Below, piece after piece: positions 26,893 through 39,340 of a stretch of 64,000 nt of DNA. Position 1 is the first letter of the stretch. Every line of letters starts with the position of its first letter. Source of the stretch: Nannocystales bacterium. Its GTDB lineage: Bacteria > Myxococcota_A > Polyangia > Nannocystales > Nannocystaceae. Under the pieces are notes generated by a model. It worked only from the letters and a program-made list of their open reading frames with translations, was not told the DNA's origin and did not search any database. Location: contig JBOEGF010000004.1 of NCBI GenBank assembly GCA_050633305.1, positions 64,001 to 128,000 of the forward strand. The letters run 5' to 3'. A program made the position numbers and the translations under genes.

Positions 26893-27924
26893 GTGCCACC
26901 TCGTCACCCCGACATCGCGCACGCGCTCGGCCCGGCGCGGGCGGCATTGAAGGAGGCCCGACGCGTAGCAGGGCTGCAGCGGGACGTGCGGCTCGGTCTA
27001 CTCGTGGCCTGTTCGGGCGGTCGGGACTCCGTGGCGATGCTGGGTCTGCTGGCGCTCCTGGCCGAGTCTGATCGGCTCTCTCTCACGGTCGGTCATGTCG
27101 ACCACGGCCTGCGTTCGGGGTCGCGGCGCGAAGCCATGCTTGTCAGCGAGATGGCGGCCCAGCTGGAGCTTCCTGTGCTCGTACGGCGGTTGGAGCTCGA
27201 CGGCGGCGCTCCGGGGCTTCCGGCCCGGGCCCGGGATGCTCGGCATGCCGCGTTGCATCAGATGCGAGAGGAGCGGGGTGCCCATCGCATCGCGTTGGCG
27301 CACACGGCGACGGATCAAGCCGAGACCGTCCTGCTGCATCTGTGCCGCGGCGCGGGCCTTCGGGGTCTGGGCGGGATGCGAGCCGTCGAAGCTGGCAGCG
27401 CGCTGCTGCGGCCGCTGCTCGAGCTGCCAAGGGGAAAAACCGGTCCGCTGTGCTCTCGGCTGGGTTTGGCGTACGTCGACGACCCCACAAACGAGAACCT
27501 CGACCATCCTCGCGTCCGGATCCGTCAGGAGGTGCTTCCCCGGCTCTCAGAAGGACGGGGTGGGGTTGAAGATGCGCTCGCAGCGTCGGCGCTCGCGGCC
27601 CGAGAGGCCGCCGAAGCGCTCGACGTCTGGATCGACCGGGAGCGAGTCGCCCGTCATCGTGGGGACCACCGGTATGACCTGACCGGATGGCGAGGCCTTC
27701 CCCGTGCGGTTCGTTTGGGGTGGTTGCGGTCGATCGCGCTGCACGCGGGGGTCGAGGTCGATGGCCTGGGTCGACGATCCCTTGGTGCGATCGAGCGGGG
27801 GCTGCTTGCGGGGGGCACCAAGGGATGGGCCCTCCCTCGTTCAACGCGGATCGAGACGGACGGGCTCCTGCTGACGATCACGCCCGGTCCGGGGCTGCGT
27901 ACGCCACCAGAAGATGCGGCGTAA
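26893..27924 (+). CDS. tilS: tRNA(Ile)-lysidine synthetase
   Basis: VACSGGRDS, HVDHGLR, LAHTATDQAET, LLRPLL, DPTN, R.RIR..VLP; directly upstream of ftsH; start inferred. Confidence 0.92.
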   Translation: MPPRHPDIAHALGPARAALKEARRVAGLQRDVRLGLLVACSGGRDSVAMLGLLALLAESDRLSLTVGHVDHGLRSGSRREAMLVSEMAAQLELPVLVRRLELDGGAPGLPARARDARHAALHQMREERGAHRIALAHTATDQAETVLLHLCRGAGLRGLGGMRAVEAGSALLRPLLELPRGKTGPLCSRLGLAYVDDPTNENLDHPRVRIRQEVLPRLSEGRGGVEDALAASALAAREAAEALDVWIDRERVARHRGDHRYDLTGWRGLPRAVRLGWLRSIALHAGVEVDGLGRRSLGAIERGLLAGGTKGWALPRSTRIETDGLLLTITPGPGLRTPPEDAA

Positions 27925-27973
27925 CACTCTGGAATAACCCCGTTCGTGAGGATCTACGCCCTCGTGCGAACCA

Positions 27974-28002
27974 TTGACCCCCTTGTGGCGCAGGGCTATG
28001 CT
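27974..28002 (+). promoter_or_regulatory. sigma70-type promoter for ftsH
   Basis: TTGACC-N17-TATGCT, 24 nt upstream of the ftsH GTG. Confidence 0.65.
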
Positions 28003-28026
28003 CCGCCCCTGGCAGCCGGCTGATTC

Positions 28027-29964
<1,938 letters not shown>

Positions 29965-30053
29965 ACCCCGAGTCGGCGTTCAGACAAGCGTGCGGTCTCC
30001 GTCTTGGGGCCGCGCGCTTTGTTCGTTGGGGCGCCTGGGCCCGGAGCGAGCAG

Positions 30054-30308
30054 CTATTTGAACTCCGCGCCCATCGGGTCGAGGCGTCGCTCGAGTTCCC
30101 ACAGCAGGGTCTCCAGCCCGTGGGTCTTGATCTCCAGCATCATCGCCATCTGCTCGCCGAGCTTGCCCGCCGGGTAGCCACGCTCGCGAAACCAGATGAA
30201 GTACTCCTCGGGGATGTTGGACAGCGGCCGACCCTCGTACTTTCCGAAGGGCATCTTGGCGCGAACGAGCTCGAGCAGGACCTTGGGATCCGGGTTGAGG
30301 ATGTCCAT
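30054..30308 (-). CDS. DUF3820 (YpeB-like) protein
   Basis: KMPFGKYEG..L..IPE.Y..WF...G.P.GKLG...EIK..GLE.LL. Confidence 0.85.
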   Translation of the reverse strand: MDILNPDPKVLLELVRAKMPFGKYEGRPLSNIPEEYFIWFRERGYPAGKLGEQMAMMLEIKTHGLETLLWELERRLDPMGAEFK

Positions 30309-30333
30309 CGAAGTCTGCTTGTCCTCGCCCTGA

Positions 30334-30849
30334 TCATCCCGCAGCGAGGGCGGCCTTGATCGCGGTGTCGGCTTCGGAGTCGCGCGCCTGAATGATGCCC
30401 TCGCGGCGCCACCGGACCACGCCGTTTCGGTCGAGAAGCACGGAGGTCGGGTAACCGTTGACGCTGAACGTGCCCTGGGACTTCCCGTCCGGGTCGAGGA
30501 CCACGGGGTAGTCGATGCCGTGCTGGGCGATCATGCCGTGCATCTTTTTGTGCAGACGCGGCTTGTCGACGTTGATGCCGACCACGACGAAGTCGTCTCC
30601 GTGGGCGTGGTGAAGCTTCTGGAGCTCGGGCAGCTCCATGACGCAGGGCTTGCACCACGTGGCCCAGATGTTCACCAGCACCACCTTGCCCTGGTAGTCC
30701 GCGAGGTTGAAGTCCTCGCCTGTGCTGGTCTTGCCGCTGAACTTCACACCGACAGCGTGGGTGTCCGACTGCGGAGCGCCGCCGCTGGCACCTTTGCCTT
30801 GGCAGGCCGAAGCGCAGGCGATCGCGAGTCCGAGGCAGAGGTGGCGCAT
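30334..30849 (-). CDS. TlpA-family thiol-disulfide oxidoreductase lipoprotein
   Basis: GKVVLVNIWATWCKPCVMELP, GYPTSVLLDRNG; lipobox ASAC. Confidence 0.9.
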   Translation of the reverse strand: MRHLCLGLAIACASACQGKGASGGAPQSDTHAVGVKFSGKTSTGEDFNLADYQGKVVLVNIWATWCKPCVMELPELQKLHHAHGDDFVVVGINVDKPRLHKKMHGMIAQHGIDYPVVLDPDGKSQGTFSVNGYPTSVLLDRNGVVRWRREGIIQARDSEADTAIKAALAAG

Positions 30850-30902
30850 CACCGAGCGACCATCCGCGATACGAGGAAGCGCGTCAACTGGGTGCGGCAG
30901 GC

Positions 30903-31406
30903 TCAGGAACACGGAGGCGGATGGAGCAGAGCATCGAGCTCGTGCCACAGGGCGTCGCACAGGCCGGCTCGGTACGCGGCCGGCCGAAACGCCTCGTGCT
31001 CCCGGCGGTACATCGCGAGCCGGGCGTCGCCCGAGGCCGTGCAAGAGCGTACGTTGGCGAGGCGATCCGCGACTTTCACATGCAGGGCCAACGCCGAGGT
31101 GGGCTCGTCGATCCCCAGCCCCGACAGTCGGACATGCAACTCGGCCTTTCGAACGTTGCGGGTGGCTCCGGGAGGATCGGTGACCAGCGCCACGGCCTGA
31201 GCGACCGAATGCCCGAACCGCTGGACGAGGGTGCTGTGCTGGACGTCGGTGTCTTCGAGCACGTCGTGCAGATAGGCGACGGCGCGGATCTCCGGCTCGT
31301 CGGGGACGAGGGCAGCGACGGCGTCCAGATGCACAACGTAGGGCTGAGCCCCGTAGGTCTGGCCTCCGTGCGCGGCGGCGGCGAACGTCCGCGCGTCGCG
31401 GGTCAT
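30903..31406 (-). CDS. HD-domain hydrolase, small alarmone hydrolase/Mesh1-like
   Basis: AH.GQ....PYVVHL, YLHDVLEDT, VKVADRLAN. Confidence 0.8.
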   Translation of the reverse strand: MTRDARTFAAAAHGGQTYGAQPYVVHLDAVAALVPDEPEIRAVAYLHDVLEDTDVQHSTLVQRFGHSVAQAVALVTDPPGATRNVRKAELHVRLSGLGIDEPTSALALHVKVADRLANVRSCTASGDARLAMYRREHEAFRPAAYRAGLCDALWHELDALLHPPPCS

Positions 31407-31426
31407 CGCGGGCCCACCGTGGCGGC

Positions 31427-31669
31427 TCACAGCGCCCGGTTGAGGTTGGGGCTGACGAGCCGCTCGTTCGGCGGGAGCACGTCCGGCTCGTCGTGCGGGC
31501 ACTCGCCGCGTTCTTTCTTCTCGCAGATGCAGTCCGCATCGGCGCCGCCACAAGAGCCTGCAAGCTTCCGGTTGGACACGATGACGCCAATCGCCATGCC
31601 GGCCATCAGCAACGCGACGAGTCCCATGGTGAGACCCGCGGTGACGGCAAAGGAGGCTGCTGCCAGCAT
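31427..31669 (-). CDS. nqrM: Na+-NQR maturation factor NqrM (DUF539)
   Basis: Single TM then LAGSCGG..C.C...C; downstream of nqr-apbE; start 31669 or 31681. Confidence 0.75.
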   Translation of the reverse strand: MLAAASFAVTAGLTMGLVALLMAGMAIGVIVSNRKLAGSCGGADADCICEKKERGECPHDEPDVLPPNERLVSPNLNRAL

Positions 31670-31735
31670 CGTGGACATCATAGGGCGCTCGCCGACGTCC
31701 TGCCAGCCGGGCTTCGGGGGCGCTTGTGTGCCGCC

Positions 31736-32314
31736 TCAGCCGGATGTCGCGCCCTGCACGACGTCGTGACAGGTCAGACGCTCCTGAAGGTCGGTCGCGT
31801 TCAACATGCACTCGAATCGGGCCCCGGGGGTGGTCAGCGCCGCGCAGGCTTGGGCGTCGAAGTCGGCCGGGAGGGGGCCGGCATACGCCTGCTGGGTCGT
31901 GTCCTGGTCCTCCTGAATCGTCGCCTCGAGGGCCGCGCGAGAACCGCCGATGTGAAGCGTTCCGCTGGACTGGATCGTGCCGTCGGACTGTAGGACCGAC
32001 CAGGCGAGGCTGCCGATGGAGCTGGGGTCGCCCAACGCAGTCAGAGCGCACATGACCGCGGCGTCCGACGCCTGGTCGAGCGTGCACGTTCCCGTCCCAA
32101 GCACGCCGCTGCCGCAATCCGCCTCGATGCTCGGGCACAGTTGGGTCTGGTCGCACGCCACGACCCCGGGTTCGGGGAAGCAACAACACGGGTCGGGGTC
32201 TTCGCCGTGCCCCTCGCAGCCGGGTCCGTCCGTGTCCGCAGGGGAGCTGTCATCGTTGCACCCCGGCGCAAGCGCTGTGAGCAGCGCGAGCATCAACCAT
32301 TGCGTGCCTCGCAT
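31736..32314 (-). CDS. Cys-rich lipoprotein, unknown function
   Basis: Lipobox LAPGC; multiple Cys including CCC. Confidence 0.7.
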   Translation of the reverse strand: MRGTQWLMLALLTALAPGCNDDSSPADTDGPGCEGHGEDPDPCCCFPEPGVVACDQTQLCPSIEADCGSGVLGTGTCTLDQASDAAVMCALTALGDPSSIGSLAWSVLQSDGTIQSSGTLHIGGSRAALEATIQEDQDTTQQAYAGPLPADFDAQACAALTTPGARFECMLNATDLQERLTCHDVVQGATSG

Positions 32315-32351
32315 GGTGCTCAGCGTACCACCGGGCTTCAAACGACGCGGG

Positions 32352-33446
32352 TCACTTCACCCGGCGCTGGATCCACGCATCGGTGGCCCGGGCCTCGAGG
32401 TGCTCGGGTGTGCCGATGAGGAACAGCGCGGGCAATCCCTCACGCTCCGCAAGTTCGAGACCGCGCTGCGGGCCGAGCACATTGAGCGCGGTCGCGAGGG
32501 CATCCGCCTCCGCACAGGTATCCGCGACGACGCTCACGGAGGCGAGGTCGTGCGTGACCGGGCGCCCGGTGGTGGGATCGATCGTGTGCGAGTACCGGGT
32601 GCCGTCCACGACCGTGAAGTTTCGGTAGTCGCCCGAGGTCGCCATCGCGCGGTCCTCGAGTTCGATGACTTCGAAGATCGCGCGCTCGGTGGTGCTTGGT
32701 TTCTCCACCGCCAACCGCCATGGGCGGCCGGCCTCGGTCTTTCCGGCGACTCGAACCTCGCCACCAACCTCGACCAGGAAGTCTTCCCACCCGGCCTCTT
32801 GCAGTGCGGCGGCGGCCTGATCGACTCCGTAGCCTTTGGCGATGGCGCTGAGATCCACTTGAAGGGCTTCGGCGTCCTTGCGCAGGGTCGAGGCTTGCGC
32901 GTCGAAGGTGAGGTGGGTGTGCCCGAGACGACTTCGAAGCGCGTCCACATCCGCCTGGCTCGGGACGACGGTCAGCTCGCCCTTCGCCCCGAATCCCCAC
33001 CGCTCGACCAACGGGCCGACGGTGACGTCGAAGGCGCCCTGGCTGCGGGTGTGGACGTCGAAGGCCACAGACAGCACATCGGCGAGGGCGCCCGAGATCG
33101 GGACATCCTGCGCCCCTGGACCGGCGTTGAACCGGGAGAGTTCGCTGTCCGGCTTGTAGGTCGACATCGACGTGTCGACAGCGTCCAGCGCCTGCTTGAC
33201 CGCGGCTGCGATGGCGGCTTCCGAGGCATCGGACTGCTGCTCTCGGGTCTTCGCGACGACCTTGACGGTGTAGGTCGTGCCCATGACCTCACCGCGGACC
33301 ATGACGATGCGCGGCGGGGTGGGGGCAAAGTACAGCCGCCAGATCGTCAGCCCGATCAGGACGAGGAGGGCACCCACCAAGAAAACGGGCCGCCGTTTGA
33401 GGGGGCGGCCCGAGTCTTGGGGAGGCGTGGTCGGTGTGTCAGCCAC
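32352..33446 (-). CDS. apbE: FAD:protein FMN transferase
   Basis: [22 protein letters not shown]...[30 protein letters not shown]. Confidence 0.95.
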   Translation of the reverse strand: MADTPTTPPQDSGRPLKRRPVFLVGALLVLIGLTIWRLYFAPTPPRIVMVRGEVMGTTYTVKVVAKTREQQSDASEAAIAAAVKQALDAVDTSMSTYKPDSELSRFNAGPGAQDVPISGALADVLSVAFDVHTRSQGAFDVTVGPLVERWGFGAKGELTVVPSQADVDALRSRLGHTHLTFDAQASTLRKDAEALQVDLSAIAKGYGVDQAAAALQEAGWEDFLVEVGGEVRVAGKTEAGRPWRLAVEKPSTTERAIFEVIELEDRAMATSGDYRNFTVVDGTRYSHTIDPTTGRPVTHDLASVSVVADTCAEADALATALNVLGPQRGLELAEREGLPALFLIGTPEHLEARATDAWIQRRVK

Positions 33447-34665
33447 CGAAATCGTCGAGGGCGATGTTCTCGGGCTCGACGCCGAGGTCCAGAAGCATGT
33501 TGATGACCGCCTGGTTCATCATCGGAGGACCGCACATGTAGTACTCCGCATCCTCGGGGGCTTCGTGGTCCTTGAGGTAGTTGTCATACAGGACCTGGTG
33601 GATGAAGCCTTCGTAGCCTTCCCACTTGTCCTCGGGAAGCGCGTCCGAGAGGGCGAGGTGCCACTTGAAGTTCTCGAAGTCGTTCGCGATCTCGTCGAAC
33701 TCCTCGGAGTAGAACGCCTCGCGCAGGGACCGAGCGCCATACCAGAAGCTGACCTTGCGGTCGGTCTTGAGGCGGCGGAACTGGTCGAAGATGTGCGAAC
33801 GCATCGGCGCCATGCCGGCACCACCGCCCACGAAGACCATCTCCTTGTCGGTCTCCTTGGCGAAGAACTCGCCGAACGGACCGGAGATGGTGACCTCGTC
33901 CCCTTCCTTCAGGTTGAAGATGTACGAGGACATGATGCCCGGAGGAATGCCTTCGGGTCCGCGCGGAGGGGGGCTGGCGATCCGGACGTTGAGCATGATG
34001 ATGCCCTTCTCGTCGGGGTAGTTCGCCATCGAGTACGCGCGCTCGACGGTCTCGTCCACCTTGGAGACGTAGCGCCACATGTTGAAGCGGTCCCAGTCGC
34101 CTCGGTACTCCTCGCCGATGTCGAAGTCCTTGTAGTTGGCGACGTGCGGGGGGCACTCGATCTGAATGTAGCCACCGGCGCGGAACGGAACCTCTTCGCC
34201 TTCAGGCAGCCCGAGCTTGAGCTCCTTGATGAAGGTCGCGACGTTGTCGTTGGAAATCACTTTGCATTTCCACTTCTTGACGCTGAAGATCTCAGGCTCG
34301 ATCTCCACCTTCATGTCCTGCTTCACCTTGACCTGGCAGGACAGGCGGCAGCCGTCGCGGGCTTCGCCACGCGAGAAGTGGACCTCTTCGGTGGGCAGCA
34401 TCGAGCCGCCGCCGTCCTTGACGTGCACGGTGCACACGCCGCAGGAGCCCTTGCCGCCACATGCGGAGGGAATGAAGATTTTCTCCGCTGCGAGTGCCCC
34501 GAGCAGGGTTCCACCTGCCGGGATGCTGATGTCTTTCTCGCCGTTGATGTTGATGGTGACCGCGGCGGTGTTCACCAGCCGTGAGCGTGCAGCCATGAGC
34601 ACGCCGACGAGGCCGACGATCACGACCGTGAACATCACGACACCGAGGATGATTGTCATATCCAT
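33439..34665 (-). CDS. nqrF: Na+-translocating NADH:quinone reductase subunit F
   Basis: [12 protein letters not shown]...RLSCQ [2Fe-2S], [34 protein letters not shown]. Confidence 0.97.
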   Translation of the reverse strand: MDMTIILGVVMFTVVIVGLVGVLMAARSRLVNTAAVTININGEKDISIPAGGTLLGALAAEKIFIPSACGGKGSCGVCTVHVKDGGGSMLPTEEVHFSRGEARDGCRLSCQVKVKQDMKVEIEPEIFSVKKWKCKVISNDNVATFIKELKLGLPEGEEVPFRAGGYIQIECPPHVANYKDFDIGEEYRGDWDRFNMWRYVSKVDETVERAYSMANYPDEKGIIMLNVRIASPPPRGPEGIPPGIMSSYIFNLKEGDEVTISGPFGEFFAKETDKEMVFVGGGAGMAPMRSHIFDQFRRLKTDRKVSFWYGARSLREAFYSEEFDEIANDFENFKWHLALSDALPEDKWEGYEGFIHQVLYDNYLKDHEAPEDAEYYMCGPPMMNQAVINMLLDLGVEPENIALDDFGG

Positions 34666-34683
34666 CTTCGCTTGGTTCCTTTC

Positions 34684-35298
34684 CTAGAGCTGGATGCCCG
34701 AGAACGCCATGAAGCCGATGGCCATCAGACCGGTGAGGATGAAGGCCATGCCCAGGCCGCGTAGGCCGGTGGGCACGTTGCTGTAGCGCATCTTCTCGCG
34801 AAGAGCCGCCATGGCGACCACGGCGAGCGCCCAGCCGATGCCGTTGCCGATCCCGAAGACGGTGGACTCGGCGAAGTTGTAGTCGCGCTCGACCATGAAC
34901 AGCGACGCTCCGAGGATGGCGCAGTTCACCGCGATGAGCGGAAGGAAGACCCCGAGCGCGTTGTAGAGCGCTGGGGAGAACTTATCGAGGGCCATCTCCA
35001 CCACCTGGACCGTGGCAGCGATGCTGCCGATGAAGGTCAAGAAGGTGAGGAACTCGAGGTTCACATCGGCCAGGTCGGCGCTGATCCAGGTGAGCGCGCC
35101 TTCCTTGAGCAGGCCGTTGTAGATGAGGTTGTTGATCGGCGTGGTGACGGCCAACACGAAGATTACGGCGCCGCCGAGGCCGATAGCCGTCTCGACTTTC
35201 TTCGAGACGGCAAGGAACGAACACATGCCCAGGAAGAACGCCAGGGCCATGTTCTCGACGAAGATGGTCTTCGCCAGAATGCTGAGATAGTGCTCCAT
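34684..35298 (-). CDS. nqrE: Na+-NQR subunit E
   Basis: [33 protein letters not shown]. Confidence 0.96.
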   Translation of the reverse strand: MEHYLSILAKTIFVENMALAFFLGMCSFLAVSKKVETAIGLGGAVIFVLAVTTPINNLIYNGLLKEGALTWISADLADVNLEFLTFLTFIGSIAATVQVVEMALDKFSPALYNALGVFLPLIAVNCAILGASLFMVERDYNFAESTVFGIGNGIGWALAVVAMAALREKMRYSNVPTGLRGLGMAFILTGLMAIGFMAFSGIQL

Positions 35299-35311
35299 CG
35301 ATAGGGCTCCT

Positions 35312-35932
35312 CTACTCTGCCTCGACCTGGTCGGTCTTGAAGGTCCGCAGCACCCAAATGAAGATGCCGATGAGAATGAACGCGGAGGGCGCCAGGACCA
35401 TCAGTCCGTTGGTCTGGTACCAGCCGCCCTCGGTGGTGGGCTGGAGCAGCTGCAGGCCGAAGAACGATCCGGACCCGAAGACTTCTCGGAAGGCGCCGAC
35501 GACCAGCAGGATGAGCGAGTAGCCCAGCCCGTTGCCGATGCCGTCGAGGATGCTGTCCTTGACGTTGTTCTGCATCGCGAACGCTTCGGCGCGTCCCATG
35601 ACGATGCAGTTGGTGATGATGAGGCCGACGAAGACCGACATCTGCTTGCTGATCTCGAAGAGGTAGGCCTTGAGGACCTGGTCGACGATGATCACCAGCG
35701 AGGCGATGATGGTCAGCTGGACGATGATCCGGATGCTCGGCGGGATGCGGTTGCGAAGGGCCGAGATGGCCGCGTTCGAGAACATGAGCACCACCGTGAC
35801 GGCGATGGACATGACGACCGCAGTCTCCATCTTGGTGGTGACCGCGAGCGCAGAGCAGACCCCGAGCACTTGAAGTGCGATCGGGTTCTCGTTGAAGAGG
35901 GGATCGAGAACGATTTTGGACGGTTTGGCCAT
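35312..35932 (-). CDS. nqrD: Na+-NQR subunit D
   Basis: [35 protein letters not shown]. Confidence 0.96.
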   Translation of the reverse strand: MAKPSKIVLDPLFNENPIALQVLGVCSALAVTTKMETAVVMSIAVTVVLMFSNAAISALRNRIPPSIRIIVQLTIIASLVIIVDQVLKAYLFEISKQMSVFVGLIITNCIVMGRAEAFAMQNNVKDSILDGIGNGLGYSLILLVVGAFREVFGSGSFFGLQLLQPTTEGGWYQTNGLMVLAPSAFILIGIFIWVLRTFKTDQVEAE

Positions 35933-35944
35933 GTCGCTTGCTCC

Positions 35945-36727
35945 CTATTTCTTCGCGCCGGAGCGCACCTTCTCGAGGTAGGGGCCGAACGCTTCTTTGC
36001 CGAGCCAGAACTGCACGAGGTGCGAGACACCCCGGCTGGTGATGGTCGCGCCGGAGAGGCCGTCGACGCGGTAGGGGTCTTCGGCGACCGGGCCCGCTTG
36101 ACCCTTGATGACCGAGAGTTTGACCTCGCCCTTGTCGTCGAACACCTTGCGGCCGGGCCACAGGGCTTTCCACTTCGGGTTGTCGACCTCGCCGCCGAGA
36201 CCCGGGGTCTCTGCGTGGCTGTAGAACGTCAGCCCTGCGACGGTGGTGGTGTCGGGACTCAGGGCGACGAAGCCCTTGAGTGTGGACCACAGTCCTTTGC
36301 CCTGGACCGGGAGGATGATGGCGCCGATCCCCCCATCGGGGTTCTTGAGCTCGTAGACCTTGGCTTGCTTGGGCAGCCGCTGGACCTTGGCGTCGTTGGC
36401 GGGAGCATCGATGCTCGTCGCCGGGTCGTCCATGGCGTCTTGTGTGTCGAAGCTCTTTGCGTCGACGTCCTCGACGTATTCGCCGGTCGCCAGATCGACG
36501 ACCCGCGGCACGAGGTTCTCCTCGAAGCGTTTCGTGACCTCGGCGGCCTGGATGGCTTCGCCTTCTTTGACGAGTCCGGCGACCTTGAGGACCTGGGTCT
36601 GCTTGTCGACGACGGCGTTGAGGTCTTGCTTGTCTTTGAGCGCGACCGCCGAGCCGGCGACGAAGATCGAACAGAAAACGCAGACCGCGCCTGCGAAGCC
36701 GATGATGTAGCCGTTACTGAACGCCAT
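35945..36727 (-). CDS. nqrC: Na+-NQR subunit C
   Basis: GKGLWS, ETPGLGGEV, VDGLSGATITS (FMN attachment motif). Confidence 0.96.
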   Translation of the reverse strand: MAFSNGYIIGFAGAVCVFCSIFVAGSAVALKDKQDLNAVVDKQTQVLKVAGLVKEGEAIQAAEVTKRFEENLVPRVVDLATGEYVEDVDAKSFDTQDAMDDPATSIDAPANDAKVQRLPKQAKVYELKNPDGGIGAIILPVQGKGLWSTLKGFVALSPDTTTVAGLTFYSHAETPGLGGEVDNPKWKALWPGRKVFDDKGEVKLSVIKGQAGPVAEDPYRVDGLSGATITSRGVSHLVQFWLGKEAFGPYLEKVRSGAKK

Positions 36728-37940
36728 AACGAGCCTGCCTCCGTTTGATGTTGGCCTGAACGAAGAAGTGGTCGATGAGGGGCGCGAAGATGTTCATGAA
36801 CAGGATCGCGAGCATCATTCCCTCGGGGTAGGCCGGGTTCACGACGCGGATCAGGATGACCATGACGCCGATGCCGAAGCCGTAGATGAGCTTGCCGCGT
36901 TCGGTGAACGCAGAGCTGACGGGGTCGGTGGCCATGAAGACCGTGCCGAAGGCCCAGCCGCCGAGGACCACGTGGAAGTGCCACGGGACCGCGAACATGG
37001 GGTTGGTCTCGGAGCCGACCCAGTTGAGCAGGCCTGCCATGGCGACCGTACCGACGAAGACGCCGACCATGGTTCGCCAAGACCCGATCTGGGTGAAGAT
37101 GAGGATGCCTGCGCCGAGCAGGGCACACAGCGCTGAGGTCTCTCCCATGGAGCCGGGGACGAGGCCGAAGAAGCCGTTCCACCACACTTCGTTGGTCAGC
37201 GTGTCCAGGCCGCTCTCGGCCGCGCGAGCCAAGTAGGTGGCGCCGGAGTAGCCGTCGGCTGCGAGGTTGTCGGCCGCGATCCAGACCTGGTCACCCGAGA
37301 TTTGGGCCGGGTAGGCGAAGAACAGGAACGCACGACCGGTGAGTGCCGGGTTGAGCACGTTCATGCCCACGCCGCCGAAGACCTCTTTCCCGATCACCAC
37401 GCCGAACGCGATGCCCAGGGCGACCTGCCACAGCGGGATGGTCGGGGGGAGCGTGAGCGGGAACAGCAGCGAGGTGACGAGGAAGCCCTCTGTGATCTCG
37501 TGCTTGCGGACGATGGCGAAGGTCGCCTCGATGATTCCGCCGACCGCGAGCCCGGTGACGTAGACCGGGATGAAGTAGATGGCTCCGTGGATGACGCACC
37601 CGATGGTGTCGGTCGAATCCGCGGTCATCCGCAACATGTCGTAGAAGATGATGTCCTGCCACGTGTCCAGGCGCGTCGCTGCCCCTTCGACGGCGAGCGC
37701 GGCCTGATACCCGGTGTTGTACAGGGCCCACAGGACGCACGGAATGAGCGCCGCGACGACCGTGAGCATCAACCGCTTGAGGTCGAGGCCATCTCGGACA
37801 TGCGAGGAACCCTTCGCCCGGTCCAGGGGCGAGAAGTGGATTGTGTCGGCAGCCTCGTACAGCGGGTAGAGCGACTCAAACTCGCCCCCCTTGCTGAACG
37901 TCGGCTCCAGCCGATCCAGAAATTTTCGGAGGAATTCCAT
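36714..37940 (-). CDS. nqrB: Na+-NQR subunit B
   Basis: HVRDGLDLKR, KEVFGG, DGYSGATYL (FMN attachment), FMATDPVS, YPEGMMLAILFMN. Confidence 0.96.
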   Translation of the reverse strand: MEFLRKFLDRLEPTFSKGGEFESLYPLYEAADTIHFSPLDRAKGSSHVRDGLDLKRLMLTVVAALIPCVLWALYNTGYQAALAVEGAATRLDTWQDIIFYDMLRMTADSTDTIGCVIHGAIYFIPVYVTGLAVGGIIEATFAIVRKHEITEGFLVTSLLFPLTLPPTIPLWQVALGIAFGVVIGKEVFGGVGMNVLNPALTGRAFLFFAYPAQISGDQVWIAADNLAADGYSGATYLARAAESGLDTLTNEVWWNGFFGLVPGSMGETSALCALLGAGILIFTQIGSWRTMVGVFVGTVAMAGLLNWVGSETNPMFAVPWHFHVVLGGWAFGTVFMATDPVSSAFTERGKLIYGFGIGVMVILIRVVNPAYPEGMMLAILFMNIFAPLIDHFFVQANIKRRQARYGVQ

Positions 37941-39340
37941 CAGCCTTCCTTCTCGATGATCGTCAGCGTGTCTCTCAACGCGGTGGTGTAGTCGTTCTTG
38001 CACGGGCAGACGAAGCTGCAGAGCGCGAGGTCCTCTTCATCGAGTTCCAGTGCGCCGAGCTTCTCTGCGAAAACCGTGTCGTGCACAAGGAGTGCACGCA
38101 GGAGGTGGGTGGCCATGACGTCGATCGGGATGACCCGTTCGTACATGCCGATCGGCACCATCGCGCGATGGCTGCCGTTGGCCGAGGCGTCCATGGCGAA
38201 CTTCCGCGGCGCGACCTGATGCATGATGGTGCCGACGAAGGCTCGGACCGTGGAGAACACGCCGAACCCGGGCATCACCATGCGCATGAACTCGCGCTCG
38301 TGTGGCTCGGCCAGCGCGCTGACCTGCTGGTGGTAGCGGCCGAGGTAGCCGTGGAGCTCTCCTTGAGCATCGCGGCCGTGAAGGATGGAGCCGGACAGGA
38401 TTCGGCTGTCGCCCTCGGGTTTGAGCAGCTCGCGACCTGCGGTGAGGTCGTCGATCGAAGCGCCCAGCCGGGTGCGGACGAGACGAGGCCGGTCCACCAA
38501 GGGTCCCGCGAGGGAGACGGTTCGCTCGACGGGGAGCGTCCCGGTGCGGAAGAGCTCTCCGATTGCGATGACGTCCTGATAGCCGACGTGCCACACCGTC
38601 TTGTCGCGGAACACCGGGTCCAAGGTGTGGATGTGAACACCGACGGTGCCGGCCGGGTGGGGCCCGCTGAACTCCTCGAGCGTGACGTCCTTCGCGTCCC
38701 CAGCATCGACAGCCGTGCCGGCCATCTTGCACAGGTACGTCTTGCCCTCGGTGAGCTTGGCGACCGCCTCCAACCCTCGGTGGAAGTCCTTCTCGCGGCC
38801 AGCCATGACGACGTCGACATCCGGCGAGAGCGGGTGCGTGTCCGAGGCGGTCACGAACAGCGAATGCGGAGCGTCATCGCCCGGGGACGGGGTGCGGGAG
38901 AAGGGACGGGTTCGCAGCGCGGTCCACATCCCGGATTCGACCAGCAGGGCGACGATTTCGTCGCGTCCAAGCTTGCCGGGGTCCGCTCCGGTGTGGGCCT
39001 CGAACGACTGCATCTCGTCGTCGCGGGACTCCCCGGCCACCTCCGCGTCGGTCAGCTTGATGACGACCGACTGCAGCGCCCGTCGTTCGCCCCGGTTGAC
39101 CGCAGTGACGGTGCCAGCGCCAGGAGCCGTGAAGCGAACCCCAGCGGTCTTCCGGTCTTCGAACAGCAGCTGTCCACGCCTGACGACGTCCCCGACCTTG
39201 ACGGCCATCGCCGGTCGCATGCCGATGTAGTCCGCGGCGATGACGGCGACGGAGCCCACCGCACGACCTTCATGGATCTCTTGCCGCGGCTCGCCCGTGA
39301 TCGGCAGATCGAGGCCGAGCTTGATTTTGTGCGCGCCCAT
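37940..39340 (-). CDS. nqrA: Na+-NQR subunit A
   Basis: IKLGLDLPITGEP, GPHPAG, LELDEEDLALCSFVCP. Confidence 0.96.
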   Translation of the reverse strand: MGAHKIKLGLDLPITGEPRQEIHEGRAVGSVAVIAADYIGMRPAMAVKVGDVVRRGQLLFEDRKTAGVRFTAPGAGTVTAVNRGERRALQSVVIKLTDAEVAGESRDDEMQSFEAHTGADPGKLGRDEIVALLVESGMWTALRTRPFSRTPSPGDDAPHSLFVTASDTHPLSPDVDVVMAGREKDFHRGLEAVAKLTEGKTYLCKMAGTAVDAGDAKDVTLEEFSGPHPAGTVGVHIHTLDPVFRDKTVWHVGYQDVIAIGELFRTGTLPVERTVSLAGPLVDRPRLVRTRLGASIDDLTAGRELLKPEGDSRILSGSILHGRDAQGELHGYLGRYHQQVSALAEPHEREFMRMVMPGFGVFSTVRAFVGTIMHQVAPRKFAMDASANGSHRAMVPIGMYERVIPIDVMATHLLRALLVHDTVFAEKLGALELDEEDLALCSFVCPCKNDYTTALRDTLTIIEKEG

